Assembly (NCBI GenBank): GCA_030141605.1
Contig: JAQGDQ010000804.1
Coordinates: forward strand, 29,785-93,784
Length of the DNA stretch: 64,000 nucleotides
Direction of reading: 5' to 3'
DNA from: Tubiluchus corallicola
Taxonomy: Eukaryota > Animalia > Priapulida
In this document: positions 59,395 through 64,000 of the stretch, in pieces
How positions within the stretch are numbered: position 1 is the first letter of the stretch
Layout of the letters: each line of letters opens with the position of its first letter
Program-made: the position numbers and the translations under genes
The notes under the pieces: model-generated
The model's input: only the letters and a program-made list of their open reading frames with translations
Told to the model about the DNA's origin: nothing
The model's database searches: none

Positions 59395-60393
59395 GTGAGG
59401 CGACAATCATGTGAGTTCGCAGATCGATCAAATCTATGGAATAAAATATCAATCTATATCACAACATATCGAAAATTATTTGGCTTTAACAGATATATGA
59501 AATCTCTTCTGCTGAAATCTTACTTGTAATGCATTTTTGGGTTTTGCCGATAGTCACAGTAAATCCCGCGACTGGTTACTTTGCAGTTTACATTTTCATA
59601 CTTTTGCATCGTGTCTCTGCTGAACTTCTTTCTAATTCATTTCTTTTTTCTATCTCTGTCAATTATTTTACCTTAACTACTCCCGGTTTTTCTATAATTC
59701 TCTCTCTTGTAAATTAAGTCGTTTTTTCACTTTTCATGGTGGTCTTACAAGCTTTGCTTCTTGACCACCATGCAGCATCTATTTCTTGTTGACAAACTAT
59801 TATGTAGTTTAGTAACTATGTTAGTACACTTCTGTTAAATTTTTGTAATTATATTTGGAATTTTTTCCCTAACTATACCATGCTATAGTATACTAATGTA
59901 GTTCTGTTACAATTATTCTAACTATATTTCATTTTCTAGTTATAGGGCATAATAGTTAAAGATAATAATGCAAATTGTAATATAAAAACACATGCTGAAG
60001 TGATAATAAATTACAAAAATTACAATCGATTAGATTAGTGATATTGTTTGCTTAGTGTACGTATTACAGGGATTGTGCAATATTTAGACATCAAATTAAG
60101 GTAAAATTCGTTGGGCTTTCGTGTGACATCTATGTATTTCGGGAAAAGTGGGAGCAATTTTTTTGCTGTAGCAATTTCACACTTGACTTATACGTTATGT
60201 TCTTTATCTAGGATCCAATAATGCACAAAGTAACTTTGGCAAAGTTTAACAGTTTGGCAAAGTGATGGGGGCAGTGCTTATAATGATTAGATAACCCATT
60301 TCTAAGGAACGGGAACGTGACGGGGGTGATGCAGAAAACCCATTCATTAATTAATTATCATTTCTTTTAAATCTAATTTTAGTTTTTCTTTAG

Positions 60394-60601
60394 ATCAGCA
60401 TGAAGAGGTGATCGCAGAGGACTACAGCTACGATGACGCGGAAGATAAGAGCCTCATTCCTCTTCCTGCTGCCCCTAAACCGCTCGCGCGTAGCGACGGG
60501 GAAAGCGATGATGATGAAGAAGAATCTGTGATGGGAACCGTGCCCACTTGCCCGAACAAATGGAACCCGTATCACACGTGCAGTGAATTTTGCAAGGAAA
60601 A
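60394..60601 (+). CDS. PQBP1: PQBP1 exon 2
   Basis: EEVIAEDY...CPNKWNPYHTCSEFC; phase 1-2. Confidence 0.9.
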
Positions 60602-60752
60602 GTAAGAGAGAATTTTCTTGATTAAATTGTTCCAAAGTTGAATAATAGCAGGTGTGAAGACAGGCAGGTCTACGTTCATCTTGTATCTGTGCCTGAACAA
60701 TGTAAATGTCTACTTGTGGATAGCAAAATCATCCATAAATTGCCAATTACAT

Positions 60753-61316
60753 TTTCTAGTTATTCACATATCCTGAATCTCCATTTCTTGAGGATGATTT
60801 TGATACCAAGTTCATTGCCGTGTGTTATTTCTAAGCTGAGATAATCCACGTTGAAATTGGCTACACACTTAAAGTCAGCCATTGTTTTTTGTCGCATTTC
60901 TACAAAAAACTTAGCAACCGCACAAATGTTGGTTGCTATGGACTTTGCAATAGACATTGAAGTTATGTTTAAATCCAGTAGATGGCTCTTCGTGGCGGGA
61001 ATCTGGGCTTGGCAGCAGAAAAACTCGAAGCAAAATGACTGCTTCCATGATCTATAACTGGAGTTTGAAATATGAGTTTTTTTACAATTTCAGTACTAGT
61101 TTCTAAATAGAAAAGTGGATGAGGAATTATAAAATTAAATTTTTAGCATTATTTGAACCCTTTCTTGATAATTTGATGCTAGAATATAAGTCCAATATTT
61201 TTAGTCAAAATACGAAAAATTGACATTTGACGAAATTTTTTTGGTGTATTCTACTTTGAAGCATCATAATGTAGTTTTAACTAAGCCGACTTATGTATGG
61301 TTTTGGTTTGCAAGCA
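60753..61316 (-). mobile_element. Dispersed repeat family C copy
   Basis: Inverted relative to 56220-56830. Confidence 0.75.
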
Positions 61317-61844
61317 CACAATTAAATTTTATAAAATTTGTGTTTTAATTTTAAAATTATAAATTTTTATTTTAAACTAATTTAAACATGTTAAATTTTC
61401 ACAATCTGACCAAATGTAAATGCCCGTATCTCAGAGAAAATGGTAAAATGAAACTTGTTGTGTAACTTGTAATGCTTCATTTGTTTGTTTGTCTGTCTGT
61501 CTGTCTGTAGGACTGAACAGTAAAACAATTTGTCATTCCAAACTATTGACATGATGCTATGCTTTTCAGGTTAAACATTTCATGCTTGCTAAGTAGGGAT
61601 GCTAATACGTTATAGTTTTTAAATTCGTTATAACGTGAACAATATTCATTTCATAAACAACCCTGTTAAATAATAAATTTTATTAAATTTTTATTAGAAA
61701 AACCCAATGTTTCTATTGTAGTACATTACTAGTCGTCGACAGAAATTAAAAATTAAAAAATTTGAAACAAAGCAAAACATTAATGACAAGAATCTGTATG
61801 GAATGAGTGCTATCATTAATTTAATAAGAAATTAGTTAGAATAG

Positions 61845-61978
61845 AAACAAGGTAATTGATATTTTAAGTCCACTTAGAGACCACAAAATTGCAATTTCAA
61901 ACCCATTGGGGGCCTAGGTGGCCCCAAACCACCCGGCCTGTTTCAGAGTTTTTTGCAATTTGTGATTCTCACCCCTGA
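61845..61978 (+). mobile_element. Dispersed repeat family D fragment (also 47116-47300)
   Basis: gaaacaaggtaattgatattttaagtccacttagag...ccggcctgtttcagag shared. Confidence 0.65.
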
Positions 61979-62046
61979 ATTAAGGTAAATTGTTTTGTTG
62001 GAGACGTTCTCTTTTTTCCGGCAACTGTATGTTCACTTGTTTATAG

Positions 62047-62157
62047 GTGGACTCATAGAAAACCACGAGTCGATCACGAGATGAACTGGCGAAGAACAAA
62101 GATGTTGCGGAAGTATCCACTTCCTACCGGATGGAAGGAGTGCCTGGACAAAGCCAC
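62047..62157 (+). CDS. PQBP1: PQBP1 exon 3 (start of WW)
   Basis: ...MLRKYPLPTGWKECLDKAT; phase 2-2. Confidence 0.9.
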
Positions 62158-62846
62158 GTAAGTATCCACTTCCTACTGGATAAAAGGAATGCCTGGACAA
62201 ATCCACGTAAGTATTCACTTCCTAGCAGATGGAAGGAGTGCCTGGACAAATCCACGTAAATATCCACTTCCTATCGGATGGAAGGAGTGCCTGGACAAAG
62301 CCACGTAAGTATCCACTTCCTACTGGATGAAGGGAGTGCCTGGACAAATCCACGTAAGTATCCACTTCCTACTGGATGAAGGGAGTGCCTGGACAAAGCC
62401 ACGTAAGTATCCACTTCCTACCGGATGGAAGGAGTGCCTGGACAAAGCCTTGTAAGTATCCACTTCCTACCGGATGGAAGGAGTGCCTGGACAAATCCAC
62501 GTAAATATCCACTTCCTATCGGATGGAAGGAGTGCCTGGACAAAGCCACGTAAATATCCACTTCCTACCGGATGAAGGGAGTGCCTGGACAAATCCACGT
62601 AAGTATCCACTTCCTACTGGATGAAGGGAGTGCCTGGACAAAGCCACGTAAGTATCCACTTCCTACCGGATGGAAGGAGTGCCTGGACAAAGCCACGTAA
62701 GTATCCACTTCCTACCGGATGGAAGGAGTGCCTGGACAAAGCCACGTAAGTATCCACTTCCTACCGGATGGAAGGAGTGCCTGGACAAAGCCATGTAAGT
62801 ATCCACTTCCTACCGGATGGAAGGAGTGCCTGGACAAAGCCACGTA
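62111..62846 (+). repeat. 49-bp donor-spanning tandem array, about 15 copies
   Basis: Unit aagtatccacttcctaccggatggaaggagtgcctggacaaagccac|gt. Confidence 0.95.
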
Positions 62847-62847
62847 A

Positions 62848-63007
62848 CACACAAACAAAAACAAAACACCCAACACAAACCCAAACACCAACAACCACCA
62901 AACAAACCAACAAACAAACAAAAAAACAAACCAACAAACAAACAAAAAAACAAACCCACAAAACAAACAAAAAAACAAACCCACAAAACAAAACAAAAAA
63001 ACAAACC
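62848..63007. repeat. (CAAA)n low-complexity repeat
   Basis: Seen directly. Confidence 0.9.
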
Positions 63008-63451
63008 CAGTCAAAGGTCAAAGATCAAAATATGAACAAGACTGGTGGCCAGTCAGGTTGAAGGTCAAAGGTCAAAATATGAATACATATGCATGCAGAA
63101 AAACAGAATTTACTAATTAACTAAGGATAGGAAGCAGCATTTGATGTTCCTTCTGGATTGGGTAAGGCTTTAGATACCCGGGGAAAAGCTTTCTCAAATA
63201 ATTCCACAGGTAAGCAGCCCGAAGGAACTATTCTATTTGCATGAAGATGACAGTTGTTGAAGTAGGTTGTTACACTGCATCGTGTGAATGTTACGTATTA
63301 ATTGCGAACTCAAAAATAAAGTAACAGATTGTTTTATAAAAAAAAATGTCTACAATTTTGTTTCGAATGTGACGTTTGCTATACAACAAAATCGTAATGA
63401 TATGACAGCACATGTTACTTGTTTACAACAAAATTGTTGTCATTTTCATAG

Positions 63452-63552
63452 GGGTAGATATTACTATTGGAAGTTAGCTACCGACGAGGTGTCATGGCTG
63501 CCACCTTCACACCCACGGGCAGTTGTCACGGTAACGGCCGATAGAGTCCGAG
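63452..63552 (+). CDS. PQBP1: PQBP1 exon 4 (end of WW)
   Basis: GRYYYWKLATDEVSWLPPSHP; phase 2-1. Confidence 0.92.
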
Positions 63553-63702
63553 GTGAGGAAAAGCTTCTTGCGGGTGTCAGTGATAACTCAATTTGAATGA
63601 TTCAATGGTTAAGAGTGCATTATTAAGATAAGAATTACTATTGTGCGCATACGGTCAAGTCAGTAAACGAATTGTGGCAGGCTCTAGAGATTGCTTATTT
63701 GC

Positions 63703-64000
63703 AGAGTGAGAGAGAGAGAGAGGACAAGAAGAGAGGGAGAGAAGAGACTGGACAAGGAGAGGAAGAGAGAGAGAGAGAGAGGGAGCAAAAGAACGAGAAA
63801 GAGAGAGAGGGGGAGGGAGGGAGAGAGAGAGGGGGATGAGGGAGAGGGATGGAGAGAGCACAAGAAGAGAGAGAAAGGGGAGAAAGAGAGAGGGGGAAGG
63901 GAGAGAGAGAAAGGGGAGAGAGAGAGAGAGAGAGAGAGAGAAGAAGAGAGGTTTGAGGGAGAGGGAGGGAGAGAGAGAGAAAGAAGAGAGGTTTGAGGGA
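63703..64000. repeat. GA-rich low-complexity repeat
   Basis: Seen directly. Confidence 0.85.

Noticed and set aside
63691-63996. RE-rich ORF as the PQBP1 polar (DR/ER) exon
   Set aside because: The best acceptor (tttgcag, 63703) gives an immediate TGA in the required phase 1 and the sequence is GA low-complexity; it cannot be fully excluded at the window edge

Overview
AT-rich invertebrate (metazoan) nuclear DNA with GT-AG introns. It is not prokaryotic, and I found no CRISPR array, rRNA or intact tRNA. From left to right: (1) the 5' end of an Ig-superfamily gene on the minus strand; (2) a 76-bp minisatellite and a 5'-truncated LINE; (3) a very compact, same-strand cluster of three intronless housekeeping ORFs (SPTSS-like, AIRIM/C1orf109-like, OTUD6B-like) separated by only 47 and 68 nt; (4) a convergent single-exon gene with about 18 C2H2 zinc fingers; (5) a ~33-kb HECW1/2-like (NEDL) E3 ligase gene with about 27 coding exons, whose introns carry hAT, piggyBac, Tc1, Kolobok-like, RTE and SINE insertions; (6) the first four coding exons of a PQBP1 ortholog. 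Two signals stand out. First, in the three-gene cluster a pyrimidine tract plus YAG acceptor ends exactly 15 nt after each upstream stop codon, and a canonical AATAAA follows only the last gene. This suggests a polycistronic unit resolved by trans-splicing or by alternative acceptor choice. Second, tandem duplications are repeatedly anchored on exon-intron junctions ('splice-site echoes'), at nine or more junctions of HECW and PQBP1. All exon coordinates and homology calls were made by eye from splice motifs, phase continuity and remembered family motifs; no database search was run.
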